DNA from: Eledone cirrhosa
Lineage: Eukaryota
DNA length: 64,000 nucleotides
Assembly: GCA_964016885.1 (NCBI GenBank)
Contig: OZ024743.1
Span: forward strand, 113,522,001 to 113,586,000
Direction of reading: 5' to 3'
The notes beneath the pieces are model-generated. The model ran no database searches. It was not told the origin of the DNA and saw nothing but the letters and a program-made list of their open reading frames with translations. Within the stretch, counting starts at the first letter, position 1. Each line of letters begins with the position of its first letter. Below are positions 11,462 through 23,771 of the stretch, piece by piece. The translations under genes were made by a program, and so were the position numbers.

Positions 11462-11955
11462 ATCCTTCTGCTCTCCTTTTCTCCTTCCACTCCTTTTCCT
11501 TCCACTCCTTGCTCTCCTTGCTTTCCTTTTCTCCTTCCTCTCCTTGCTGTCGTTTTCTCATTGCTCTCCTTGCTCTCCTTTTCTCATTGCTCTCTTTGCT
11601 TTCCTTTTCCAATGCTATCTTTGCTCTCCCTTTCCCCTCACTCTCTATTTCTCCTTGCTCTCCTTTTCCCATTGGTCTCTTTGCTCTCCCTTTCCCCTTA
11701 CTCTCCTTTTCTCCTTGCTCTCCCTTTTCTCATTGCTCTCTTTGCTTTCCTTTTCTCCTTCCTCTCCTTGCTCTTCCTTTCCCCTTACTCTCGTTTTCTC
11801 ATTGCTCTCTTTGCTTTCCTTTTCTCCTTCCTCTCCTTGCTCTTCCTTTCCCCTTACTCTCGTTTTCTCCTTGCTCTCCTTTTTTCATTGCTCTCATTGC
11901 TCTCCTTTACTCTTCTTTTCCCCTGACTCTCCTTTCCTCCTTGCTCTCTTTTTTT
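11462..11955. repeat. Pyrimidine-rich minisatellite (TTCTCCTTGCTCTCC / TTCTCATTGCTCTC)
   Basis: Directly visible; followed by a (TA)n-type tract at 12030-12243. Confidence 0.85.
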
Positions 11956-12442
11956 CATATATCTATGTACTTGTTTATATACAAATACAATTAGAAAAGA
12001 GGAGCAAGGAGAAATATGAAAGCAAGGATAGTATATATACATATCATATATATACATATATATATATGCATATATATATATTATATATATATATATATGC
12101 ATATATATATATCATATATATATATATATATATGCATATATATCATATATATATGATATGTATATATATATGTATATATATATATATATATGCATATATA
12201 TCATATATATATATATATGCATATATATATATGCATATATATATTGTTATACTTGGGGAGGGTCATATTTGTGTAATTATATTGGCAGAATTAATAACAT
12301 AACACACTCACTGTTTGGTTGCTTTTCGCTTCTGTGTCTTTTATATCGGTTAATCTAATTTATTCGGTCCTTAATGTTACCATTGACTGACCAACGGTTA
12401 AAAATACAGATACAATATAGACACAAACATATATATATAGTC

Positions 12443-12490
12443 TAACAAAGTTCTTTCGTTGCACATCTGCAACATCGTCAGTGGTGCTAT
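12443..12490 (-). ncRNA. Hammerhead ribozyme motif (left arm)
   Basis: Reverse complement reads CUGACGA-U-GUUGCA-GAUG-UGCAAC-GAA-AGAACU-U; stem I weak. Confidence 0.65.
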
Positions 12491-12830
12491 TATGTTTCCT
12501 CCCGTTGCATTGTATGCCTACGCCATCTTTATTTAGTCTGTTTATTTATTTATTTATTTGTTTATTTTTTTGTCTTCTCTGCGCATGCGTTTGCGTGTGT
12601 GTATAGTGTTTTGTTTGATGTGTGTTCGTGTTTGGGTGACTGTGTATTTGTTATTGTATTCTATCTTAGTTTACTAGTGTGTGTTTATATGTGTTTGTTA
12701 TTATTGTGCTTGTGTATGTACTTATTTATTTATTTATTTATACTCCTCTTAGGTCAGTGTTGTTTGTTTGGGTGTTGTTGTTATTCCATTCATTTTTTCT
12801 GTTTAGCCTTGGCCTTCTAAGGAAACATAA

Positions 12831-12877
12831 TAGCACCACTGACGATGTTGCAGATGTGCAACGAAAGAACTTTGTTA
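12831..12877 (+). ncRNA. Hammerhead ribozyme motif (right arm)
   Basis: CUGACGA 12839-45, stem II GUUGCA/UGCAAC, GAAA 12863-66, AGAACU-U; stem I weak (CA/UG, or UAGCA/UGUUA offset). Confidence 0.65.
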
Positions 12878-13142
12878 GACTATATATATATGTTTGTGTC
12901 TATATTGTATCTGTATTTTTTACCGTTGGTCAGTCAATGGAAACATTGAGGATCGAATAAATTAAATTAACCGATATAAAAGACACAGAAGCGAAAACCA
13001 ACCAAGCAGTAAGTGTGTTCTGTTATTAATTCTGCCAATATAATTACACAAATATGACCCTCCCCAAGTATAACAATATTTGTTTCGACACACGATTTCA
13101 TATCAAAAACCTCGCAAAACTAATTTATCGCTGTATATATAT

Positions 13143-14615
13143 ATCATCATCATCATCATCATCATCATCACCATCGTTTAACGTCCGTCTTGAGCTCCTC
13201 TGTTATAGCCTGAAGGCAATAATAAATAGTAGGGGGCTAAGGACGGAGCCCTGATGAACATCAACTTTTACGCTAAACTCTTTACTATATTCGTTGTTAA
13301 TTCTAACCTTGCTGACTGTTTCTTTATACATGGCTTGTATAGCTCTCACAAGCCATTCATCAACACCTAGTTTTCTAAGAGCCCACCAGATAATCGAGCG
13401 GGGTACTCTGTCAAAGGCTTTCTCCAAGTCAACAAAAGCTAAGTATAGGGGTTTACTTTTAGCTAGGTACTTCTCCTGTAGTTGTCGTACAATGAAGAGA
13501 GCGTCTGTTGTACTTTTACCTGACACGAACCCGAACTGCATTTCGTCTAGATCAATTCGCTCTCTGATTAGTTGCGCTATTACTTTTTCTGTGACCTTCA
13601 TGACCTGGTCAATTAATTTAATGCATCTATAGTTTCCCCTATCTAGGGCATCACCTTTACCCTTGTAGCAGTTAATGATGATGCTGCTGCGCCAGTCCTT
13701 CGGAACGACTCCATTCTGTATGACTTGGTTTACTATCCGGGTGACCATAGTGTGTCCCACCGTTCCAGATGCTTTCAGCATTTCAGCAACTATTTTCGAA
13801 GGCCCAGCCGCCTTGCCCGTCTTCATGTCTTTGATCGCCTTACTTATTATACTACCTTCAACTTGCACTGCTGGTCCCTCTATTGGATCGATGTGGGGGA
13901 GACTGTCTTTCTCCCAATTATTTTCCTCATTTAGTAGCCTTTCGTAGTGACACTTCCAAGCTACCTTCTTATCAGCGTCAGTGATGGCAAGTACACCATC
14001 ATCATTAAGGACACACTTCTCCCCGACAATATCACTGTTTTCCTTGACACATTGCCTAGCAATCCTGAACACCTCATGTTTTTGGTCCTCGCGTTGTAGA
14101 ACATGCTTGAACTTTCTTTCCTCTGCTTCCCTTCTTGCGAAGTACACTTGTCTCCTAGCTTCCCTCCTGGCCACTTGATAGTCTTCTCTACTTCCCCCAT
14201 CCTGCCATGCTTGCCAAGCCTGCTTTTTGGCCTTGATTGACCCCTCCACCTTACTGTTCCACCACCAAGTTACTCTCCTCCTGCCTATAGATCTGCTCCA
14301 GCCACAGGTTTCATCTGTCGCCTTCAGCAGGTTAGCTTTCAGGAATTCCCACTGTTCCTCTATATTGTACGTTTCTAATTCCTCTTCCATACTATCAAAA
14401 GCATCAAGTAATATGCTTTTAAATTTATTACTGGCTGTGGGGTCTTTTAACTTCCATATTTTTCTCCTGAGGATAGTGCTCTTCTATTGTCGAGTACGTC
14501 TCATCCTGACTATGAGGTCGCTAATTATGAGTCTATGTTGAGAGGTGCATTCTTCATGGGGGGGGGGGGTTAGTGTTTACAACAGACACTCTGTCACGTC
14601 TCCTGGTAAGGATAT
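13143..14615 (-). mobile_element. RTE-clade LINE, internally deleted copy
   Basis: ORF 13203..14390 is closely similar to the RT ORF at 1430-2640. The (GAT)n tail and terminal ~20 nt are fused directly to mid-RT at ~13188. Confidence 0.92.
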
Positions 14616-14649
14616 AATCTACCTGGCTTGTGTGTTCCCCCGATCTATA

Positions 14650-14680
<31 letters not shown>

Positions 14681-14736
14681 CTCAATACCGAGTACTCATT
14701 TCTCTCAGCTGTCAACTACATACAGATATATGTATA

Positions 14737-15112
14737 TTAGGGTGGCCCTTAGCAACGAAAGTTAAAATTTTGCTGCTGCCACAGCGAAAAATAGGTGTTT
14801 GCTCTATACCTTTGCTCTGTCTCCAGCTTTGCAAGTTGTCTTCCCTATTATATTTATTGTCACTTATCCTTCTAATACGAAGAATAAGTCTGAACACGTT
14901 TTTAATTTAAGAGAAATTACATTAGAGATAAAAAAATTTTATCTGAAAAAATGACTTTCTGGGCGAAAACTTCAAAATTTCACAGTTGATGAAGGTCGCC
15001 TTGCAGTTGGCTGCGCGAGCTAAAGTTTTGCATAGATTGGTTTTTGTTAATTGGAACAAGATGGGGGTGGGAGCTAAACTTTTAGAAAGTTGAAAAATAA
15101 GGACCACCCTAA
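14737..15112. mobile_element. Tc1/mariner-type MITE
   Basis: TIRs TTAGGGTGGCCCTTA / TAAGGACCACCCTAA, flanked by TA on both sides. Confidence 0.85.
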
Positions 15113-16049
15113 TATACATATATGTTTGTATGTACTCAATTATGTGTGTATGTGTGTAGGTGTATGTCCACATGTGCGTGTATATGCTCAGTTATGTGAG
15201 TGTGTGAAAATGTATGATGGCAAATTGTGTGTGTTTATATATAAGAGAGAGAATAAATGTATTTATAATATATATGAAAGTGCAGTAAGATAAATAAGTT
15301 CACCATGAATATATCATAGCAAATATCATGCTAAGAGCTTATATACTCACATGTACAAGTGCTATAAATGGTAGTAGGAACTACAGCTGCACTTATATGA
15401 CTATATAATAGCAAATACCTTCTTAACCCTTCAGGTACCACCTGGCTGAAACTGCCCAGAATTTATTATACAAAACTGCTCATTTTAAAATGTTTATTCT
15501 TATAGTTAAAACATTTCATCATATACAGCTTACAGAAAATAATCACTACTAGGCATGGCACATATGATGAAGAGTACTCACTACAACAGAAACAACACCA
15601 CCACAAACAACACTGCACATACCCAAGGAACACAAAACTGTGCTCAGTAATGTGGTGACGACATGCAAGGGGGCCCAAAGTAGGCAAAGATTTTTCTCAA
15701 AATGGATGTTGCATGGTTGCTGTGGGGCCCTCTTAGCTCTTGAGTCCCAGAACAAAGTACCAGCGGGACACCCCTCTCAAAGGCCCTAACCTTTCCATTG
15801 TTGATGTTATATGTTGCTTTTAGCCCACATAGAAGAGGCATCACTGCTTTTCTAGTGATTGGAGGTTGGATTTATACTCAGAACATATAAAGCTACATCT
15901 GCCCAATGTTTTAGCAATTCTGCTAATCCACCACCCGACTGGTACTTAACTCTTAATATCCTGTAATGATTTAATAGCAAGTATCTTAAATTGGGTCTGT
16001 TGGTTCAAATGTTTATATAATATTTTACTAGTGAGCAGATTTTTAAGTA

Positions 16050-16232
16050 TTTGGCAGTATCAGTAGAGCATCGGAAAAAATGCTTTGCAGCATAGAGTTA
16101 TGGCCCTTTACATTCTGAGTTCAAATCTTGCCACGGTTAACTTTGCCTTTCATCCTTATGGGGTCGATAAAATAAAGTACCAGTAATGCACTGGGATAAT
16201 TGCTGGCCTTGTGCCGAAAGTAGAAACAATTA
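16050..16232 (+). mobile_element. tRNA-SINE family A
   Basis: TTGGCAGTATCAGTAGAG...GAGTTCAAATC...GTAGAAACAATT. Confidence 0.85.
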
Positions 16233-16603
16233 TAGTAAATGTGATGCAGATATATTGATGTTTTACATTTTTCAAGAATGTCTTTCTATTGTGGATATTA
16301 AAAGTTAATTCATTCATTGACCAGGAATGGATGAAAGGTAAAGTTGACCCCAGTGGGAATTGAAACTGATAGTACATAGAGATGGAACAAATACTGAAGC
16401 ATTTAATCAAACACTAATTACTCTACCAATTCACTGAAATAAAGCCCACAGTAGCTTTCTTTCTTCTTCAACAGGTCTGTAATTGGTAAGCCATAATGTA
16501 GTGCACTTAACACTGACCACCCTGCTTTTGTCATTGGTCTCTTTCTTTGGCACAGTCACCATCTTCACTAAATCTCATGTTGTTCTTGACTAGATCATCA
16601 TTA

Positions 16604-16831
16604 TTAACCCTTTAGCATTTACATTGTTCTATATATACTATTATATTTACTATTGTATTTTAACAGTAAAGGCTTTACCTCACATAATATCAAATCTATG
16701 AGATTTTGATATTATTTATTTCAAGAACAATACCTTAACATCAGTATGAGTGGCCAGTTACAGCTGGTTTGAACAGAAAGAGGTGAGAGAATTCTGGCCG
16801 GATATGGCCGGTTTGTATGCTAAAGGGTTAA
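16604..16831 (-). mobile_element. TTAA-flanked MITE
   Basis: TTAACCCTTTAGCATTT...TGCTAAAGGGTTAA. Confidence 0.8.
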
Positions 16832-17446
16832 GTTAAGAAATGTATATCTTTCACATGGTTCCTTCAACATGATAACAGTCTGTAGCTCTATTATCACCAG
16901 TCTCACTAAATCTCATGTTGCATTTGTCTAGAGTATCATTAACTTGAGCAATATATAGCCTTCACATGGTTCCTCCAACAGGATATCACTCTGAAGCTCT
17001 ATTTTTGTGGCTAGTGATATATTTGTTCTTGTCAAAGCATGTCCAGCTAGAATTAATCAGTCTGAACCTAAAATGCTATCAGTTAAGAAAGTTTGTCCTC
17101 TTACAATTTATTTATTCTCTATATATTATTCTGAAAAATAAACATTAAGTGCAAATCATAGAAGAGAGCAATATCTAGTGTTTATCTATTCTACTAATGT
17201 TTCTGTTACTGTCCAGGCCTTACTCTGATATGCCAAAACAGAACTGTTTTATTGCAAGCTTTGAAAAGTACCATTTTAATTCTGTCATGAAACTGAACAG
17301 TTCCAAATACAGTTAATTTTACAAGCTGCTGTCCATTTTAATCAATTCACAAAACCAAAACAAAATATCAACTAAACAATGCCATGAATTTAATCTGGTG
17401 CTGATGCATTTTCATGGTGTTTTGTTGTTGTTAACCATTGGGATGT

Positions 17447-17790
17447 GGAGGTATGTGTGTGAATTAGGTGTTAGGGCATTTGGCTCATAATCAAAAGGTG
17501 ATGAGTATCACTGCTGAACAGGGAAGCGCATTGTGTTCTTGAGCAAGGAAGGCACTTTATTTCATGTCACTTTAATCCACTCAGCTAGCAAAAATGAATT
17601 AATGAGTTGAATTTGTAATTCAAAAGCCAGCCTTGTGTCATACTGAATCTCCCTGAGAACTACATTAAAGAAAACATGTATTTGAAGAATGCTCAATCAC
17701 ATACATATTAATTTCATGAGCAGGCATTTCTGTTGATTGAATCAACTGAAGCAATTATCATGTGAAACGATGAAGGCCTGATAACAACAA
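17447..17790 (+). mobile_element. Older tRNA-SINE (family B-like head, different tail)
   Basis: GGAGGTATGTG...TTCTTGAGCAAGG core; tail matches the reverse complement of 63860-64000. Confidence 0.65.
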
Positions 17791-18155
17791 ACTATTAGAG
17801 ACGAGATGAAAATTAAATTCATGTTTCCACATTGTTGTTTTGGTACATTAGCCAATTTGCCATTCTACTTCTAATCAAATACTCTCTATTTTAATTAATT
17901 GATGAAGAATTTTGTGGGTTTTACTAAAATTTTAATTTGTTTTTCTCGTAAGGTGGTGATACTGGTGCCATAACAAAAAGCATCTAGTCAACCCAGTAAA
18001 GTGGCAGTGGTGGTGCTCCTAGTACACACTGTAACGTGTTTGATATCATGAAAGACATCCAACCATAGAAAACCAAGCCAAAAAACAGATCATATGAGCA
18101 AGATGTGGTCACCTAACCTAGCAAGTTTCATAACATGACAATCTGTCTAACCCAC

Positions 18156-19755
18156 ACAAACATGGAAAATAGACATTAAGACAAACATGGAAAATAAACA
18201 TTAAGACAAACATGGAAAATAGACATTAAGACAAACATGGAAAATAGACATTAAGACAAACATGGAAAATAAACATTAAGACAAACATGGAAAATAGACA
18301 TTAAGACAAACATAGAAAATAGACATTAAGACAAACATGGAAAATAGACATTAAGACAAACATGGAAAATAGACATTAAGACAAACATGGAAAATAGACA
18401 TTAAGACAAACATGAAAAATAGACATTAAGACAAACATGGAAAATAGACATTAAGACAAACATGGAAAATAAACATTAAGACAAACATGGAAAATAGACA
18501 TTAAGACAAGCATGGAAAATAGACATTAAGACAAGCATGGAAAATAGACATTAAGACAAGCATGGAAAATAGACATTAAGACAAGCATGGAAAGTAGACA
18601 TTAAGACAAACATGGAAAATAGACATTAAGACAAGCATGGAAAGTAGACATTACGACAAGCATGGAAAATAGACATTAAGACAAGCATAGAAAATAGACA
18701 TTAAGACAAGCATGGAAAGTAGACATTAAGACAAACATGAAAAATAGACATTAAGACAAACATGGAAAAGAGACATTAAGACAAGCATGGAAAATAGACA
18801 TTAAGACAAACATGGAAAATAGACATTAAGACAAACATAGAAAATAGATATTAAGACAAGCATTGAAAGTAGACATTAAGACAAACATGGAAAATAGACA
18901 TTAAGACAAACATGGAAAATAGACATTAAGACAAGCATGGAAAATAGACATTAAGACAAGCATGGAAAATAGACATTAAGACAAACATGGAAAATAGACA
19001 TTAAGACAAGCATAGAAAATAGACATTAAGACAAGCATGGAAAATAGACATTAAGACAAGCATGGAAAATAGACATTAAGACAAACATGGAAAATAGACA
19101 TTAAGACAAACATGGAAAATAGACATTAAGACAAGCATGGAAAATAGACATTAAGACAAACATGGAAAATAGACATTAAGACAAGCATAGAAAATAGACA
19201 TTAAGACAAGCATGGAAAATAGACATTAAGACAAGCATAGAAAATAGACATTAAGACAAGCATGGAAAATAGACATTAAGACAAGCATGGAAAATAGACA
19301 TTAAGACAAGCATGGAAAATAGACATTAAGACAAGCATAGAAAATAGACATTAAGACAGGCATGGAAAATAGACATTAAGACAAGCATGGAAAATAGACA
19401 TTAAGACAAGCATGGAAAATAGACATTAAGACAAACATGGAAAATAGACATTAAGACAAGCATAGAAAATAGACATTAAGACAAACATGGAAAATAGACA
19501 TTAAGACAAGCATGGAAAATAGACATTAAGACAAACATGGAAAATAGACATTAAGACAAACATGGAAAATAGACATTAAGACAAACATGGAAAATAGACA
19601 TTAAGACAAGCATGGAAAATAGACATTAAGACAAACATGGAAAATAGACATTAAGACAAGCATGGAAAATAGACATTAAGACAAGCATGGAAAATAGACA
19701 TTAAGACAAACATGGAAAATAGACATTAAGACAAGCATGGAAAATAGACATTAAG
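18156..19755 (+). repeat. 25-bp satellite, 64 units (ACAA[A/G]CATGGAAAATAGACATTAAG)
   Basis: Phase held over 1600 bp. Lies between an RTE-type tail body (17950-18155) and its (GAT)n tail (19756-19800). Confidence 0.97.
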
Positions 19756-19859
19756 CGGTGATGATGATGATCATGATAGTGATGATGATGATAATGATTT
19801 CATTACTAAGATATTAACTTAACATATGGCGCTAAATTATCAGCACCACATCTCTCTCC

Positions 19860-20495
19860 TGTGAACAGCTTCATTCCTTTCTTTTGTCCAGTCTTTTTGT
19901 CTTGTCTTCACCTTCACCACCCCTGTCCCCAATTTTTCAGTCCAATTTCTCGACATCTCTCTGTCTTTCGACCACATTCACCACACACTCTACCTCCATC
20001 TTCTATAAGCCCAATGATTTTCACTCCTACCCCAACTTCACCTCCTCCCATTCTACCCACACCATCAAACTCTCTATACCTTACTCCCAATTACACAGTC
20101 TTCATCAGCTCTATAGCCAGGATCACAATTTTGAGATCCAGTCCCAATACATGGCCTCCCTCTTCATCCAGCATTGATATCCCCCACCCTGATCAGAGCT
20201 GCCCTCACCCATTCCCATGAAACCGACCTTAACACAGCCCTCTCACCTCACCACCATGCTCCCAGCATCTGCCTTCTCCCCCCCCCCTGCTGTAACATCT
20301 GTCCCTTCATTTCTAACCCCACCACTCACACAAGCACTAATAGTTCATTCTGTATCCACCACTCTGCCACCTGCATATCCACACATGTAGTCTATGCCCT
20401 CTGGTGTTCCCTTTACGGGTTCATATACATCAGACAAACAGGCTACCGTCTGGCGGACCACTTCGCTGAACACTTGAGGGAAGTACGACATGGCG
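19860..20495 (+). mobile_element. Penelope-like element remnant (GIY-YIG endonuclease region)
   Basis: ORF 20174..20716 contains CCNICPFI...ATCISTHVVYALWCSLYGFIYIRQTGYRLADHFAEH, matching the PLE pattern C..C...VIY.I.C..C...YIGETGR.L..RF.EH. Confidence 0.8.
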
Positions 20496-21787
20496 TGGGT
20501 ATCCACCATCGCTTGTCATTTGCTAGAAATAGCAGCTGCTATCAAATTACTCTCTTTAACAACAACAACAACAATTGTAAGGCAATTTCCCCTGATGAAG
20601 CAACAGTTGAGAGTATTCCTACTCACAATGAGGTCCCTTTTGAGGCAAGTTTATGGTTAAATGCCCTTCTTAGCACAAACTCCTTTTGTTGCCTCTTAGA
20701 ACATACAGAGATATAATGTATGTTGGGTACCTATTCTAAACATCAAATTACACATTACATGCTAGAAATAGCAACCAAATTTCCCTTGAATTATAGTTTG
20801 CCATCAGAAATCTGAAAAGGACATATTGGATAATGTAGTTGGTGACATTCTTCTAAACTGATGGGCCTGGTCAAAGCCAGAATGCTTTTGATCATATGTC
20901 TACTTGCTCAACGATCACCTAGGGCTAAACAACAACAGCAACATACACTAGCTGGCATGAGTTAGACAAGTTATCCTGTTGGGAGTAATGTCATGGTCAG
21001 GTGACCATGTCATACTCATACGGGACCGATTTTGGTTTGGTTTCTACAGCTGTATGCCCTTCCTAACACCAACCTCTTTTACAGTGAGTTTACATGAATA
21101 TACAATGTATTCTAAGGTGTTGTAGTACTAAAGAGCTTTTAACACCATATTTCTCATGAAATACCACCTATGTTTTATCAATTAAATTTGTAAATAATCA
21201 ACAATTTGAAGGAACTTAGTAAAATAATTAACCACATTATTAAGCTGGAATTTAGCACATAGCTTAACAAAATATTCTTCCATAACATTTAAAAAAATCT
21301 AGATATAATCATTCCGTGTGTATTGTAAGAGGTGATTAAAAGAGTTGGCATAAGGAAGGGCATCCACACACTATTTAACCCATGCCAGTAGGTAAAAGTG
21401 AACATACAACCGATGATGATGGTGATAAATAATTTTAAAAAAGAGATTTATAATCATAGAATTGGTGTGGTTTGGAGTAGGTTGCTATCAAAAGGGTTAA
21501 AGTTATTTTTGCATATTTATGACAGCATACACTATTAAAATTATCCAATAATTAAAGTTTGATTTTTTTGATTTTTTTTTTTAGATTCTTTTTAATTTTT
21601 ACCATTATCTTTATTATTATTAGCCTATGTTTTCAGTAATGTTATCTTAAATCATTTTCAGATAAAATTTATTATTCATTGGTTTTTCTCATTTCCCTTT
21701 TTATTTTATCTTTTCCTTTGTTTAAAAAGACGGAAAAAAAAAAGAAAAGAAACAAACAAAATTTGTTTGTTGTTGTTTTCTATGTTT

Positions 21788-22052
21788 ATTTTAAGAAATT
21801 TAATTATTAAAGTTTATGAATTTGCAAGAAGTATCAACATTATTTGGTTATTAAATATAGTCTTATAAGTTAGGCATATGAACTCTGAAAACGGAAAAAA
21901 CTTTTGTCCAATACTACTCGGGCGGTGCTATACAAAGTTATTTCCATTTTCAGGGTTTATATGTCCAACTTATAAGACTATTTTTCATAGTTAAACAATG
22001 TTAATGCTTTTTTCAAATTCACAAACTTCTTATTGCTCAACAATTCTAAAAA
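21788..22052. repeat. Old fold-back (palindromic) element, ~120-bp arms
   Basis: ATAGTCTTATAAGTTAGGCATATGAACTCTGAAAACGGAAA pairs with TTTCCATTTTCAGGGTTTATATGTCCAACTTATAAGACTAT. Confidence 0.8.
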
Positions 22053-23617
22053 TAGATTAATGATTGAAGTTTTTTCCTTGTTGTTTATTGACTGCTTTTA
22101 TTTATTAAGTTTGTGAAAATTTTAAATATTTCTAATGCACCAATGTTTACTGCAAATCACATTAAAGTTTGGCCAGAACTAGCTTGAATTAATCGTTCTA
22201 TATTTGATTCTTGAAATCTTTTTGATCTTTGTTTTAATGTCAAATTGCAAATTCTTCTTCTCCTCTTTCAAACAGAAATTTCATTTTACTTGGTAGATTT
22301 GGATGAAGGGACAGTGCCCATAGCCTTCGTAGACCCTCTGAGACCAGAGAAACTGATGCTGTTGATGTTCTGCTTAAATTGTAACAGGTTCACTATTTTT
22401 CATAAAAATCATGAGCAGGGTATGAGTCCCAGAGGGACAATGTTGTGGGAAGGAAGAACTTGATGTATTAATTAGTGGAGGACTAGACACAACATGGATC
22501 ATGAGAGGAAGAGAGACAAGTGAGTCAGGAGTGCCTGAGTGGATGTGGCATGAGACCTGCAAATTTCAAAGAGCAAAAACCATTGTAGTAATGGTAGAAG
22601 AGATAGAGGGAGGAAACATCACATCTGTGAGCCAGAAGTTGGAGAGTGATTGTATTATTTATCAACATCATATGAAGTGTTTTGCTCAAGAACGCAACCC
22701 AGCCCAGGAATCAAACCCATGACATAATATATACCATTGATATATATATATATAACAGTATCAAAGTAATCACTAAAATTATGTAAGAGTCAAGCACACT
22801 GACATCTTCATTATTATATATACATATATATATACTATGTAAATGAGATGTGTTCCCTTACTTCCTCTCCTGGCTTGTCTGGAAGGTCAGTATTCTCACT
22901 TCAGTACTGACTTGGACTGTGACAACCCATCCAACCCTTGCTAGCAGAGACAGTGGACGATAAAGGATGATGATGATGATATATACATACCCATATATGA
23001 TGGACTCCACACAAGTTTTGTCTACCCATATACCACTCACAAGGAATGGGTCATCATGCACATTATTATGGTAGAAGATGCTAGTTAAACTGCTATACCA
23101 TGGGATTGAACCTGGAACCTTGTGGTTGTGAAGAAAACCTCTTAACCACACAACTATCTCTTCCATATTAGTAACATATATTGAAGGAAGATTATGCATA
23201 AATTGTTGGAATAAAGCTGTTTTTCATATGGGATGACCTTTATAAGACATTCTAGATAACATGCCTTGCTTGAGGTCAACCATCATGCAATGCCTTCTCA
23301 AGGGTTTGAAACCATGAATCATGAACTGATAAATCAGTTGTTGTTTAACCCTCCAATACATTGGGGATTAAACAACATCACTTTTATAGACTTTGTTGTT
23401 GTTTTTGTTGCAGTTATATGAAGTTTAAAGCAATGTAAGAAAATCAATATTGGAAAAAAAAATAATGAGGAGCTAACAAAATGTCAAATTAGTTTAAAAC
23501 AATAAACATTTTATTGTTTTATTGTTCATTTAGTGTAGAAACTGAAGCAGAGCTAGTCATAGGTAGGTAGGTGTAGATAGATAGGGGGATGGGTAGATAG
23601 CTAGCTAAATAGATAGA

Positions 23618-23725
23618 TATGTTTCTTTATTAGCCACAAGGGCACAAAAGAAGGGGACAAATACAAAGGGGGAAGTTTACATACAATAAAAACGTGTAAA
23701 ATATTATCACAAATGCAATTTAAAA
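23618..23725 (-). mobile_element. Short 3' stub of a Tx1-like LINE
   Basis: GATATGTTTCTTTATTAGCCACAAGGGC parallels the 3' end at 23771-23800; in (GATA)n. Confidence 0.6.
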
Positions 23726-23771
23726 ATTAGTCAATTTTCCCCAATAGATAGATAGATGTATAGACAGATAG

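Larger units (their letters stand above)
12241..13135. mobile_element. Fold-back non-coding element, ~260-bp arms each with a hammerhead core (family shared with 41200-41640)
   Basis: 12241-12500 is the reverse complement of 12820-13079. The right arm continues into a terminus GTTTCGACACACGATTTCA also found at 41586. Confidence 0.8.

Noticed and set aside
11333-12302. Leu/Ser/Phe-rich membrane-like ORFs
   Set aside because: Translation of a CT-rich minisatellite open in several frames.
18156-19755. CRISPR-like array
   Set aside because: Head-to-tail units with no unique spacers, no cas genes and a eukaryotic context. The same applies to the 44-, 23- and 61-bp arrays.
20588-20615. Hammerhead after the Penelope relic (CUGAUGA-AG-CAACAGUUG)
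   Set aside because: No GAAA, stem III or stem I closure; separated from the relic by SINE-like sequence.
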